A DNA stretch of 33,428 nt, from positions 1 to 33,428 of IMG/VR virus record IMGVR_UViG_3300020543_000018; one strand, 5' to 3'. Made by a program: the position numbers and the translations under genes. This document shows positions 26,301-33,428 of the stretch, in pieces. The notes under the pieces are model-generated. The model made no database searches and was not told where the DNA came from. It was given only the letters and a program-made list of their open reading frames with translations. Source of the stretch: a virus (taxonomy: Duplodnaviria; Caudoviricetes). The stretch's first letter is position 1. Each line of letters opens with the position of its first letter.

Positions 26301-27578
26301 AGCCCTCAACGCCAGTTCTTCTGGAGCTTCGCCTAGCAACTCAAATGCGCGGAGTTGTCTGCCAGCTTCGTTCAACGCTCTTTCTTTCGATACCTTGCCA
26401 GTAGAGACATCAATCATGCGTGCTGTTGCGCCCATGATTCCGCCAGCAGCCAAACCGCCGCCGATAGCCTCTCCGATTCGCTCTGCGTCCGTTGTTTGCG
26501 TTGCCTCAAGAATGCCGTTGATTGCCCCTGCGCTAAGTCCAGCTTTTGCTGCCTGCAAAGCAATCCCTGCTGCTTCGCGTGGAATAATTCTCTGGGCAAT
26601 CGTAAGCGGAACTTTTGCTGCGCCAGAAATCGTTGGGTCTAGGAGTGCTCGCTCTAAAGCACTCAGTTGTCTTTCACCGCCAACCATTGCCCTGCCAACA
26701 GCTTCAGTTGCCTCGCCAACAGCTTTTACTGCCGTGCCTGCCGCTCCAACCGTAGCCGCTTCTGCCGCCCCTGGAACAAGCCCTCCAGCAATATCAGCTA
26801 CTGTTGCTGCTGTTGCCGCCCTCTCTGCAAGCTGCGTTGCCGCTTCCGGCGTTACTCCAGCGACACCTCTTGCCACCGCTGCAACTGTGTTCTTTGGAAC
26901 CGCTGCAATTGCCTCTGCTGCTCTGCCTGTGTTTCGCAGAATTGTGCCAGCGGCTTGAGTGGCCTTAGCCCCAGCAGTACCTGCTTTTCCAGCAATCCCA
27001 ACTCCAATGAGATTCATTGGGTCTGCAATCGGGGAGAGACCCTGCACTTGTTCTGGACTTACTTGGAACCCAGTTAGCGTTTCCTGTCCTGTCGCAGCTT
27101 TTGCAAGAGCCTTGGCCCTATTCAGATTATCTCTCCACGCAAAGTAGGCGAGCGTTTCATCTGAGCCATTCACCGCATTGAACACCATGCCTCCAGGGTC
27201 TGTTCCGCCTGAGAGGATTTGTCCGTATGACAATAGGTTTTGCGCTACCGCTTCTGCTGCTGAGGCTGGAACTGCTATTGGATCGGCGAGTGCCGCTGCT
27301 GGCAAACCAATCATGCTCTTGCCCATTTCGAGTAATCCTCGTCCCACTCCTTTAAGCGCATCGCTTGCATCGAAGCCTCGTTCTTGCGAGAAGCTCTTGT
27401 ACTTACGGAAGTCCTCTAGAGAAGGTTCGTAATCAAGCAGGTTGTGCTTGATGTTATCCTCAACGTCCTGCCCTGTGCGTGGATACTTGAAGTCAACGTA
27501 GGCTGCAATCTCCTCATCTGACATGTCGTCAGGGAGGTTTAAGGTGATGTTCTTACCTTTGATAGTTACTGTAGCCAT
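23301..27578 (-). CDS. Large internal virion / DNA ejection protein with zincin-like HExxH domain
   Basis: 1425 aa. N-terminal LPDDMSDEEI, A/G-rich hydrophobic region, IYIN...TLPHEMVH and coiled C-terminal part. Largest and last gene of the ejection cluster. Confidence 0.7.
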   Translation of the reverse strand: MATVTIKGKNITLNLPDDMSDEEIAAYVDFKYPRTGQDVEDNIKHNLLDYEPSLEDFRKYKSFSQERGFDASDALKGVGRGLLEMGKSMIGLPAAALADPIAVPASAAEAVAQNLLSYGQILSGGTDPGGMVFNAVNGSDETLAYFAWRDNLNRAKALAKAATGQETLTGFQVSPEQVQGLSPIADPMNLIGVGIAGKAGTAGAKATQAAGTILRNTGRAAEAIAAVPKNTVAAVARGVAGVTPEAATQLAERAATAATVADIAGGLVPGAAEAATVGAAGTAVKAVGEATEAVGRAMVGGERQLSALERALLDPTISGAAKVPLTIAQRIIPREAAGIALQAAKAGLSAGAINGILEATQTTDAERIGEAIGGGLAAGGIMGATARMIDVSTGKVSKERALNEAGRQLRAFELLGEAPEELALRAEFVDKLSNMDRDGKSLATFVAMTDLALERNRQVKVVDGKAHLIDGKVVDGWNAVFDKKDGTIYINGNNADASTLPHEMVHSLVTDVVADEITNTLFRRDSEGKLTPQLSNAETAKLLDDYISRAENITYPDGTTQADKIREQLDRITDPSVPREQVVRELRDITHEIAATYAEDWVKGKDPRSFIRGAVPTIWQEGINVAKTKLRRLFNSEVKGNPILDPVMDRIFAKDAPGLPPEPVAVKMTPDIFRADYADRLRVMMNDKIRKQHFPQVFDQIKDALIQNGAKESLSKYYSKNGLSVLDLPDNVIWDLTKRTITTKAKANAPLLYPIEAQNLVTMKQAIREGKVARLSQVFKMMSESGVAETGNIRMGTPFDKDLVGIDIIWNRDGGVQLLAFDYGNAIDRLGKAVASGQSGFTDMAQARRYMDAYLQYLSKNRFTPEAAKNSRVAVEVDGVPLGDKRHASLLKSFQIPTPTKRFAEQGVTMLNKLSLEDAAMIGRMGAERQNGMELIPLRRVVGSINITDTRVPMDVSSIQGIQRHFQPARTKYEQLPNGSIAQDISGDRIVKTETTGYRVFDVLGNRVGIFKTFDQAAEASTRRSIKDTQTINKLQDAIQEQRAKEVSVRQRASNREAVRQGDTQGQEAAGARQEEGQVRFQPKRKKQKPLPRTPFEMGEQIAKREKGMAESAQRRTDRDVAALRAKFEADGVATAEEAAILQEQAIAKQQELSRLFSKDVRKPLTEQEYQALQETNKLRDYVEALIDFENTLGGKPTGVIYQKQPLKMTSLQKDAILRKALSMDTPEAMRAIQVAREFVPDEMRVAIERMFSATERGAIAQEQVVQQQAQARAQQSQPYEAEALTVQYGANPQRALTEWVAEMVKTKKPTYQADKPLGPGAGDLVRQRKAERAKKAAEMEAKAAEEEAKRITEEKEYEEWARSIKERAASKFGRPEEVVTAEQEPIRKDRIILKLNGKYRLYGATAGLIGVFRNREDAIKKAKK
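24341..24469 (-). CDS. Nested out-of-frame small basic protein (MPFKS family, 42 aa)
   Basis: MPFKSNAQRKYLYANEPAIAKRFAKETPKGKKLPERVKKKAK resembles a recurrent stand-alone phage peptide. A-rich leader CAACAAACTACAAG precedes the ATG. Confidence 0.6.
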   Translation of the reverse strand: MPFKSNAQRKYLYANEPAIAKRFAKETPKGKKLPERVKKKAK

Positions 27579-27583
27579 GTCTG

Positions 27584-29029
27584 CTATCGTTCAATTTGAA
27601 TCCTTGATCCTCCGCTTGTCGTGCTGTTAGTGGCGTTGGGTTTTGGAGCCGCTTTCATCTCTTCAAGAAGCTGCTCTCTTGTTCTGGGTTGCCCAAACAT
27701 TTCTCCCAAGTACTCCGGCAATTGAGGAGCAGATGGGAGGAACTTGTTTTCCTTCCTTAGCTGCTGCATGACCTCCATGTCCGGCTTTAGTCGTTGAGCA
27801 ACAATTGAGCGAAGCTCTCTCATCTGCTGTGCAAACCCTTCTGGATTTGCTGTGAAGAACTTTGCGATTGAGTCCTCTCCCTGCAAGATTGCGTTCACGT
27901 TGAACTTTTCAAGAGCCTCGGCATACCGCTTAAATTCCGCATTCTGAATAGCATCTGAAGTTCCAACAATTGCACTCTGTGCTGCTTTGAGGCCATTCTT
28001 GAGTGCCGCAATCTTAGCCGCCCTTGCTTTGGGGTCTTTTGTTGCGGCTGCTTCATCCGCAAGGATTGCCATCTGGTTAATCTGCTCGATTCCTCTCAAG
28101 GTGTCCGTTGCTTGAGAATAAGACTTATTGAACAATTCCTTTGATGAGGCTCCAATGTCTTGTACTTCTTTCCAAGGCGTAGTGGGCGAGTCTCTTGTTT
28201 GCAGCTTTGAGCCAACAACCCTGACTTCTTCTTTCCAGCTTGATTCAGCTTGTGCAAGCTGCGCGTCATAGATGTCTTTTATCCGCATCCGGTCAACTCG
28301 CGGGTTGGCTAGGTTTGCCGCCCTCCACTGCTCAAGCGAACTTTTGAATGCTTTGAATCGTTTTTCTTGAGGCGTTATTTCTGGAAGTTGATATACACCT
28401 GCTCCCTCCTCTGCTTCTGCTCTCGTTGGAATCTTCCCTTGTCGCGCTGCGGCAGGTTGCGGCCCTGTTGGAGCTTGCTGTTCTGGCAAAGCCACGTCAA
28501 TGAACGTGGGGCTTACTGGAGCTGTGCTCTTCTCTAGCTCCGCACTGCTTGCCTTGAGCTTTTCTTCGGCTGTTCCAAGCTGGATGCTTAACTTTGCTCT
28601 ATCCCTGTTGTTTAACGGAATCGGAGGCGGTGGGATAAACTCTCCAAACCCACCCATTGGGGTCACTTGCGTCACTCCAGATTTGATCTTCTCCCTGATT
28701 CTATTAACCTCTGCAAGGGATTGCGCCACTGCCTTTTCTGCTGAACTTACTTTGCTTGCTTGATTCTCTACATCTTTGATGTATTGCATCGTCGCTGTTC
28801 CAAGCGTTGTTGGACTCAAAGCCTTCTGCTTTGCAAGCTCGTATGCCTTTCTGTGCTCTGGATTTTCTGGGCTGTATTCGGCAGGAATACGCAAGGCAAT
28901 AGGAGCGTCATCGAAGTTCCAGCCCTCTGGTCTGATTGGCTCCATTGAGCCTGGCGGTGCTGTTGCTACTGCCGCTGGTGCTCCCGTGCTGTAGTCAAAA
29001 ACATTAGCATCTACATCAAATTCATCCAT
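27584..29029 (-). CDS. Probable internal virion / ejection protein
   Basis: Helical/coiled ~481 aa in the ejection cluster. Start reassigned to 29029 (MDEFDVDA) to avoid overlap with the upstream gene. Confidence 0.6.
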   Translation of the reverse strand: MDEFDVDANVFDYSTGAPAAVATAPPGSMEPIRPEGWNFDDAPIALRIPAEYSPENPEHRKAYELAKQKALSPTTLGTATMQYIKDVENQASKVSSAEKAVAQSLAEVNRIREKIKSGVTQVTPMGGFGEFIPPPPIPLNNRDRAKLSIQLGTAEEKLKASSAELEKSTAPVSPTFIDVALPEQQAPTGPQPAAARQGKIPTRAEAEEGAGVYQLPEITPQEKRFKAFKSSLEQWRAANLANPRVDRMRIKDIYDAQLAQAESSWKEEVRVVGSKLQTRDSPTTPWKEVQDIGASSKELFNKSYSQATDTLRGIEQINQMAILADEAAATKDPKARAAKIAALKNGLKAAQSAIVGTSDAIQNAEFKRYAEALEKFNVNAILQGEDSIAKFFTANPEGFAQQMRELRSIVAQRLKPDMEVMQQLRKENKFLPSAPQLPEYLGEMFGQPRTREQLLEEMKAAPKPNATNSTTSGGSRIQIER

Positions 29030-29057
29030 ATGTATGGCTTTTGATTTGCCTGCTTCT

Positions 29058-29510
29058 TTATCTAGAAAAACTTGGTGGCGTTGTGGGGTTTTCACTCGCT
29101 TGCCCTGCACTCCTCATCCCTGCAATCCGCTCACGAGAAGCTATTTCATTTTGCTGCATCGTGTACTTCATGCCGTAGTCTAGCAGCGTGTTGAACAGGT
29201 TCGTGCCCATCTGAGCTTTCTGTTTGTTGGAGAACTCGTCGCTAGACAAGAAGTCTTGAAATGCTTGTTTCTGCTGCGGGTCTTGAATCAAGTCTGCTGT
29301 TTTTCCTAGAGCCGACACGGTGCTCTTGGCGTCTTGCCCAGCAAAATAGTTCCCAGCTCCCGTTGAGATTCCGGAAGCCATCCCCTTGCCGAAGTCAGCT
29401 AGACCTTGGTAGTTAAACTGTCCGATCCTTGCTCCAGCCTCAGAGAGTCCTGCTCCCATCTGTGCCATTGCTGCTGGTGCTTGTCCGCTAAAGGGGTTTC
29501 TTGGAGTCAT
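29058..29510 (-). CDS. Probable small internal virion / ejection protein
   Basis: G/A/Q-rich 150 aa (GLADFGKGMASGISTGAGNY); ATGA-coupled to tfuA. Confidence 0.6.
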   Translation of the reverse strand: MTPRNPFSGQAPAAMAQMGAGLSEAGARIGQFNYQGLADFGKGMASGISTGAGNYFAGQDAKSTVSALGKTADLIQDPQQKQAFQDFLSSDEFSNKQKAQMGTNLFNTLLDYGMKYTMQQNEIASRERIAGMRSAGQASENPTTPPSFSR

Positions 29511-30502
29511 AGGTTGTTGAATAGTTTGTAGTCTTGCTCAAGTCTTGCTGCTAGAATGCACCCGTCTGTGGAATCAAACCAGTCAAGCACACATTGCTTG
29601 ACAGCAAGTTTGATTGCAAACATATTCCACCGCTCTTGGCTCACGTTGTTTGCCTCCATCCACTCAGAGGCAGCTTTATCGCTAGTGATGCCTAGCTTTT
29701 GCCACATTGCCTTGGATTGCTCGCTAACTTCGTAAGCGTTTGGATTCACTCCCATCGTTGCTGCCATCTCAACTAGCATATGCAGTGCTATAGCCTCTTC
29801 TTTGTGCGTTGATAACTCCCACGGCCTACCCTTGCTGTTTGGCATGTCGTGCTCTAGGAGCATCCCCATGTTCGAGGTGTAGATATGCTTTGCGGAAGGA
29901 ATGACCGCAACAGGCTTTCTTGCGTGAGCGATAGCCTCCTCGGCATCAAGCCGCTTCTGGTCGATGTAGTTGTCCTTGAGCAACTGCCCTGTGTCGCCCA
30001 AGTCCTTGAGAAGCCGCTGCCAGCTTCTCTCCATGTAAAAGATTCCACGGCACTGCTCAATGACCTGCTGTGCGCTCTTGATTTTGCCGCTCTCCTCAAG
30101 GTGCTTGGCTGTTGCCATGATGTTCACAAGCGGAACTGAAAGCTGCTTGCACCCGTCCTCTGCGGCAGAGTGCGCCAATGCAACGTCAGCGTCATCTGTG
30201 CATGTTCCATTCTTGTACCACTCGGCAATTACTCCAACTGGCTCTGCACCGTATCGCTCGCATTCAACAGCCCTGAGTGCCCCTAGCGAACCCGCGCCAA
30301 TGACCCTGCATCCTTGATGGATTGCGTGCAGGATTTCCTTGTGCCAAGGGGCTAGGTTCTGCGTGAAGAAGCCGTCGATAAGGACGATGGTTTTCTCTCC
30401 TTCGTGAACAGCTCTAGCGATGTCTCCCTGCTGCGCTGGCGCAAACACGTCCAGTCCGTCCAGATTCATTCCATGCCCAGTTGGGCCAATAAACACTCTC
30501 AT
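29507..30502 (-). CDS. tfuA: TfuA-like protein (YcaO partner in thioamidation)
   Basis: VFIGPT, PAQQGDI, IDGFF, WHKEILHA, GAGSLGALRAVEC, DDADVALAH, SVPLVNI and DQKRLDA motifs. The true start at 30502 overlaps the ycaO stop (ATGA); 331 aa. Confidence 0.92.
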   Translation of the reverse strand: MRVFIGPTGHGMNLDGLDVFAPAQQGDIARAVHEGEKTIVLIDGFFTQNLAPWHKEILHAIHQGCRVIGAGSLGALRAVECERYGAEPVGVIAEWYKNGTCTDDADVALAHSAAEDGCKQLSVPLVNIMATAKHLEESGKIKSAQQVIEQCRGIFYMERSWQRLLKDLGDTGQLLKDNYIDQKRLDAEEAIAHARKPVAVIPSAKHIYTSNMGMLLEHDMPNSKGRPWELSTHKEEAIALHMLVEMAATMGVNPNAYEVSEQSKAMWQKLGITSDKAASEWMEANNVSQERWNMFAIKLAVKQCVLDWFDSTDGCILAARLEQDYKLFNNL

Positions 30503-31653
30503 GCAATCCCCCTTTCTCCAATGCGTCCACCTTTGTGGTAATAGCCTTCGGCTGTTGGTATTGTAACACGCACAACGCTGCACGGATACGGGTGCTTGAA
30601 CACCTTTACAAGCGGCTCTGGCATCTTTGCTTTGTGCAACTTGTGCAAGAGGACAGCAATGTCTGCTGTGAACGAATCTGCGCTGCAATCCTCGTGCTTG
30701 TTGGCATCTATCGTGTCGAACTCGTAAAACGTCTTGATTGCAGAAGCCGCATCAATCGTTCGTGATTTGGTGAACTTTTCGTGCGAGATGTCGTCTCTGC
30801 TGCCGGAGAGATATACAACCCTGCTTTGCACGGCTTCGCAAAGTGCTCTGGCTTGAGCCACATGAGGGCTGAGGTGCGACGAGTAGCCTTTGTGAACCCC
30901 TGTTCCTCCCTCAATATCAAAGGTGTATCCGATATACGTTGGCACATCGATGTCCTGAGTGACATCCAAGAGAACTGGCATGATGCCGTTTGTCCTGAGC
31001 TTTTCGACCAGCGACCCAACAATCTCATCCTTGATGGTGTCCAAGTCCACTCGGTGTGCATGAATGTTTTTTGTGAATGACGTTGAAACTTGGTCGCGTT
31101 CGATAACTTCGTAGATGCCGCCTGCGATTGCCTCGTTCAGCGTGTTGCCGCTGGAGAGTCCGTTCGTTGTTGAGCCGAAGCTAGTCTTGAAGATTGGGAA
31201 CAAAGGCTGAGATTGCTCCAAGCGCACGGACACTGCGGGAACTATCTTTCGCTGCTTTGAGCGAAGGCCAAACATGTCTGTCCACTCAATCGGTATATCT
31301 GGGTGATAGAAGCCTCCCTTGACCATCTGCACTCGCGTATCGGTGTCCTTGAGGTTTCGGCCCTTATCGAAGAACGAGTTGATTGGAAAGCTCTCAGCAA
31401 CGTGCCTCTCAAATGACTCCATCATTGCGGAGCATAGCGCAGCCTCGGTTGTGAATCCTTTTCCCGAATCAACGCAAACAGATTTGCTGTCTGGTCGTAT
31501 GCTTTGAGCCACAGGAATCCCTGTGCGATCAAGTCCCGTTATCTCTGCAAGACGAGTTATGCCAGCAGCTTTTAGCCACGGCTTCATCCTCTCTAGTGTC
31601 TGTCTGTGGGTGCAAGCTCTCTGAGCACCATCTAGCTTTGTTTTAACATCCAT
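30499..31653 (-). CDS. ycaO: YcaO-family ATP-dependent amide-activating enzyme (TfuA-associated, thioamide synthetase type)
   Basis: GITRLAEITGLDRTGIPV, SGKG, SAMMESFER, TNGLSSGN, YEVIERD and EAVQSR..SGSRDD motifs. Lacks the C-terminal PxP of azoline-forming YcaOs. Confidence 0.93.
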   Translation of the reverse strand: MDVKTKLDGAQRACTHRQTLERMKPWLKAAGITRLAEITGLDRTGIPVAQSIRPDSKSVCVDSGKGFTTEAALCSAMMESFERHVAESFPINSFFDKGRNLKDTDTRVQMVKGGFYHPDIPIEWTDMFGLRSKQRKIVPAVSVRLEQSQPLFPIFKTSFGSTTNGLSSGNTLNEAIAGGIYEVIERDQVSTSFTKNIHAHRVDLDTIKDEIVGSLVEKLRTNGIMPVLLDVTQDIDVPTYIGYTFDIEGGTGVHKGYSSHLSPHVAQARALCEAVQSRVVYLSGSRDDISHEKFTKSRTIDAASAIKTFYEFDTIDANKHEDCSADSFTADIAVLLHKLHKAKMPEPLVKVFKHPYPCSVVRVTIPTAEGYYHKGGRIGERGIA

Positions 31654-32708
31654 GCGGAAGAAAGCCCTGTTAGGGCTATGCGTCCAATGAACCGCATGAC
31701 GCTAGAGTTGGCAATCGTTTCAGCAAGCTGCTCGCCATTTTTGCAGTACCACCGGATGAACTTGTCGGATGCGTTGCGAATCATGCTGTTTCTGAACTTG
31801 ACCCACTTGTCGCTCAAGCTGCCAAAGCATGCTCTGGCAATCCAGCAGTAGGCAACTGCGGCAACAACCGCTCCGCCAATTGACCCAATCATGCTCATCG
31901 TCCCTGCTCTTTGCCCCGCTGCTGCTTGAGCGTTCGCTGCCGCTAGTTGTGTTTGCGCGTTGTATGCCCCGTAAATCGACCCCATGCCAACTTGGCTTTC
32001 TGGGTTGAACATGGAAGGGCCGGACATCTGCTGTGACATCAACGCTTGACCCAGCGAGTTGCCTGCGAAGTTTGCTGCGTACATTGGTTGCTGGTAGAAC
32101 GATGCAATCGCTGGAGCCGCTGCCTGTTGCAGTGACCCTGCAATACCAGCAGACATCTGCATTCTGCCAGCCTGCAATTGGTCTTCCTCCAGCTTGCGTT
32201 GACGCTGGAACTGGTAGCGGTTGAGGATCTCGCTTAAAGCAGATTGGTCGCCAAGGGCTGTTCCTCGTGCGGCATACGCTGCACGGGTTGATTGCTGGAT
32301 TGCGCGTTCTTCCTGTGGGTTTAGCCCGTACTCTGGCCTGCGACCTTGCAACTCCTCTGCATAGGTGCGAAGTCCTTTGGTGAGCGGAGTGATTCCAGCA
32401 GCATCTTGAAAGGCTTGAACGTAGCCTGGAGCACGCTCTCGCAGAGCCTGTGTCTCTGCCAGTTGTTGGGAACGCTTGTAGCTTGATTCAAGCTGAGATA
32501 ACTGCGGCTGAAGCTCTCTAAATAGACCTAGCTGGTCTTTTGCTTCCTGTGATTGAATTTGCGACTGGAGCTTTTGGTAAAGCGGTTGGTATTCCTTCTC
32601 GCGAGCGTATAGCTGTGGCGCAAGTTCAATCTGAGCCATGAGGACATCCCTCATGGATTCCTTGTATTGCGGTGGAGGCGGAGCTTGGATTTTGGGTGAA
32701 GATCCCAT
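31632..32708 (-). CDS. DNA pilot / internal virion protein with C-terminal CWIAR (CFI-box-CTERM-like) domain
   Basis: MGSSPKIQAPPPP N-terminus, Q/A-rich helices, hydrophobic IGSIGGAVVAAVAY, then CWIARACFG..W..FR..FIRWY..GE.LA. Confidence 0.65.
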   Translation of the reverse strand: MGSSPKIQAPPPPQYKESMRDVLMAQIELAPQLYAREKEYQPLYQKLQSQIQSQEAKDQLGLFRELQPQLSQLESSYKRSQQLAETQALRERAPGYVQAFQDAAGITPLTKGLRTYAEELQGRRPEYGLNPQEERAIQQSTRAAYAARGTALGDQSALSEILNRYQFQRQRKLEEDQLQAGRMQMSAGIAGSLQQAAAPAIASFYQQPMYAANFAGNSLGQALMSQQMSGPSMFNPESQVGMGSIYGAYNAQTQLAAANAQAAAGQRAGTMSMIGSIGGAVVAAVAYCWIARACFGSLSDKWVKFRNSMIRNASDKFIRWYCKNGEQLAETIANSSVMRFIGRIALTGLSSAWMLKQS

Positions 32709-33084
32709 AAAATAGGCGCAGTAGCTTCTTGGTTGTTATTTCATGGATGATTCCATCCCGTATAGCGTAAATCAAGTCAGGTTTCTTATCTTGGATAGCC
32801 CTCTCGGTCATATCCTCTAAAGCCTTCCTGTTCTTCGCCCACGCCGTTAATATTGTCCAGTCGTTTGTTAGCTCTTCCCATTGCCAATCCGGCAACTTGC
32901 AGCCAGGGTGAGCTAACATCACAGCAGTAACTTCGCCATCTTCTATCGAGTAGAAAAGCCCTCCGTGCAGTCCGTAATATGTCAGTATGTTCTTTATCTC
33001 CGCTTCGCTAGTTCCATCCCAGAGCTTGGGATATCTCTTCGCAGCAGCTAGTTCTGCTTCAAGGATTTTGTCCCATACGGTCAT
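32626..33084 (-). CDS. Hypothetical protein, possibly GNAT-like (T7 gp13-like slot)
   Basis: Lies between tail and ejection genes; EDGEVTAVMLA beta strand. Overlaps the next gene by 83 nt. Confidence 0.45.
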   Translation of the reverse strand: MTVWDKILEAELAAAKRYPKLWDGTSEAEIKNILTYYGLHGGLFYSIEDGEVTAVMLAHPGCKLPDWQWEELTNDWTILTAWAKNRKALEDMTERAIQDKKPDLIYAIRDGIIHEITTKKLLRLFYGIFTQNPSSASTAIQGIHEGCPHGSD

Positions 33085-33428
33085 CTTATGACGCTTATAA
33101 TGCCATCGTATATGCCATTTGTTGTTATTGCAGGATGACTAGGAAATACTATTTGAATTCCTTTTGATGTGATCCCGTATCCGGTAAGTGCTGAGTCTGG
33201 GTTGTTTATTGACTGGTTGCTTATTGGGGCTTCTATTTTTCTAGCAATTATTGCGGAATACAATGTTGGTGTAGTCGTGCTTCCAATAAGAGCATTCCCA
33301 AAAACACTGGTTGTGAGTAACGTGGGGTTTGCAGTCTGTGTTTGCGGCACAGATGTCATGTCTTGCGTTTCTGAATCTCTCCAGTAATTTATGTAGTACT
33401 TTTCTGAAGTTAAATCCACATAAACACT
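33081..33428 (-). CDS. Tail/structural protein, C-terminal part (5' end outside the window)
   Basis: T/S/I-rich open frame running to the window edge; ATGA coupling to the next gene. Confidence 0.55.
   Translation of the reverse strand, partial: SVYVDLTSEKYYINYWRDSETQDMTSVPQTQTANPTLLTTSVFGNALIGSTTTPTLYSAIIARKIEAPISNQSINNPDSALTGYGITSKGIQIVFPSHPAITTNGIYDGIISVIR

Noticed and set aside
26212-26958. 248-aa plus-strand A/P/T-rich ORF, and other plus-strand ORFs in general
   Set aside because: Mirror frames of minus-strand genes. No plus-strand ORF has convincing protein features.
30503-30688. N-terminal 62 aa of the ORF-track TfuA call
   Set aside because: Overlaps ycaO. The TfuA motif begins at MRVFIGPT (30502) with ATGA coupling.
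1-33428. tRNA genes, a dedicated short RiPP precursor, integrase, lysis genes
   Set aside because: None recognised by eye. The window is not the whole genome, so they may lie outside it, and a tRNA scan was not run.

Overview
This window is most of the genome of a tailed dsDNA bacteriophage with podovirus-like architecture. Essentially all genes lie on the minus strand. In transcription order (right to left) it encodes: a partial tail gene; a GNAT-like protein; a DNA-ejection/internal virion module interrupted by an intact, translationally coupled YcaO + TfuA (thioamide-forming) gene pair; a replication/recombination module (SSB, RuvC-like resolvase, initiator-like protein, a DnaB helicase split into two genes around three inserted ORFs, RecE-like exonuclease, C5 DNA methyltransferase); an array of small genes joined by a repeated SD/stop-start junction and ending in thyX; a probable small terminase; two paralogous early-gene blocks with sigma28-like promoters; DUF1599; a ~500-nt hairpin-dense intergenic region; then large terminase, portal, scaffold, major capsid, head-tail adaptor and tail fibre. 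The most unusual features are the phage-borne YcaO-TfuA system inside the virion ejection module, the split helicase, the candidate antisense structured RNA upstream of terL and a nested out-of-frame gene in the 1425-aa protein. No integrase, DNA polymerase, lysis gene, tRNA or CRISPR array was recognised. All family assignments come from motif recognition by eye, not database searches.
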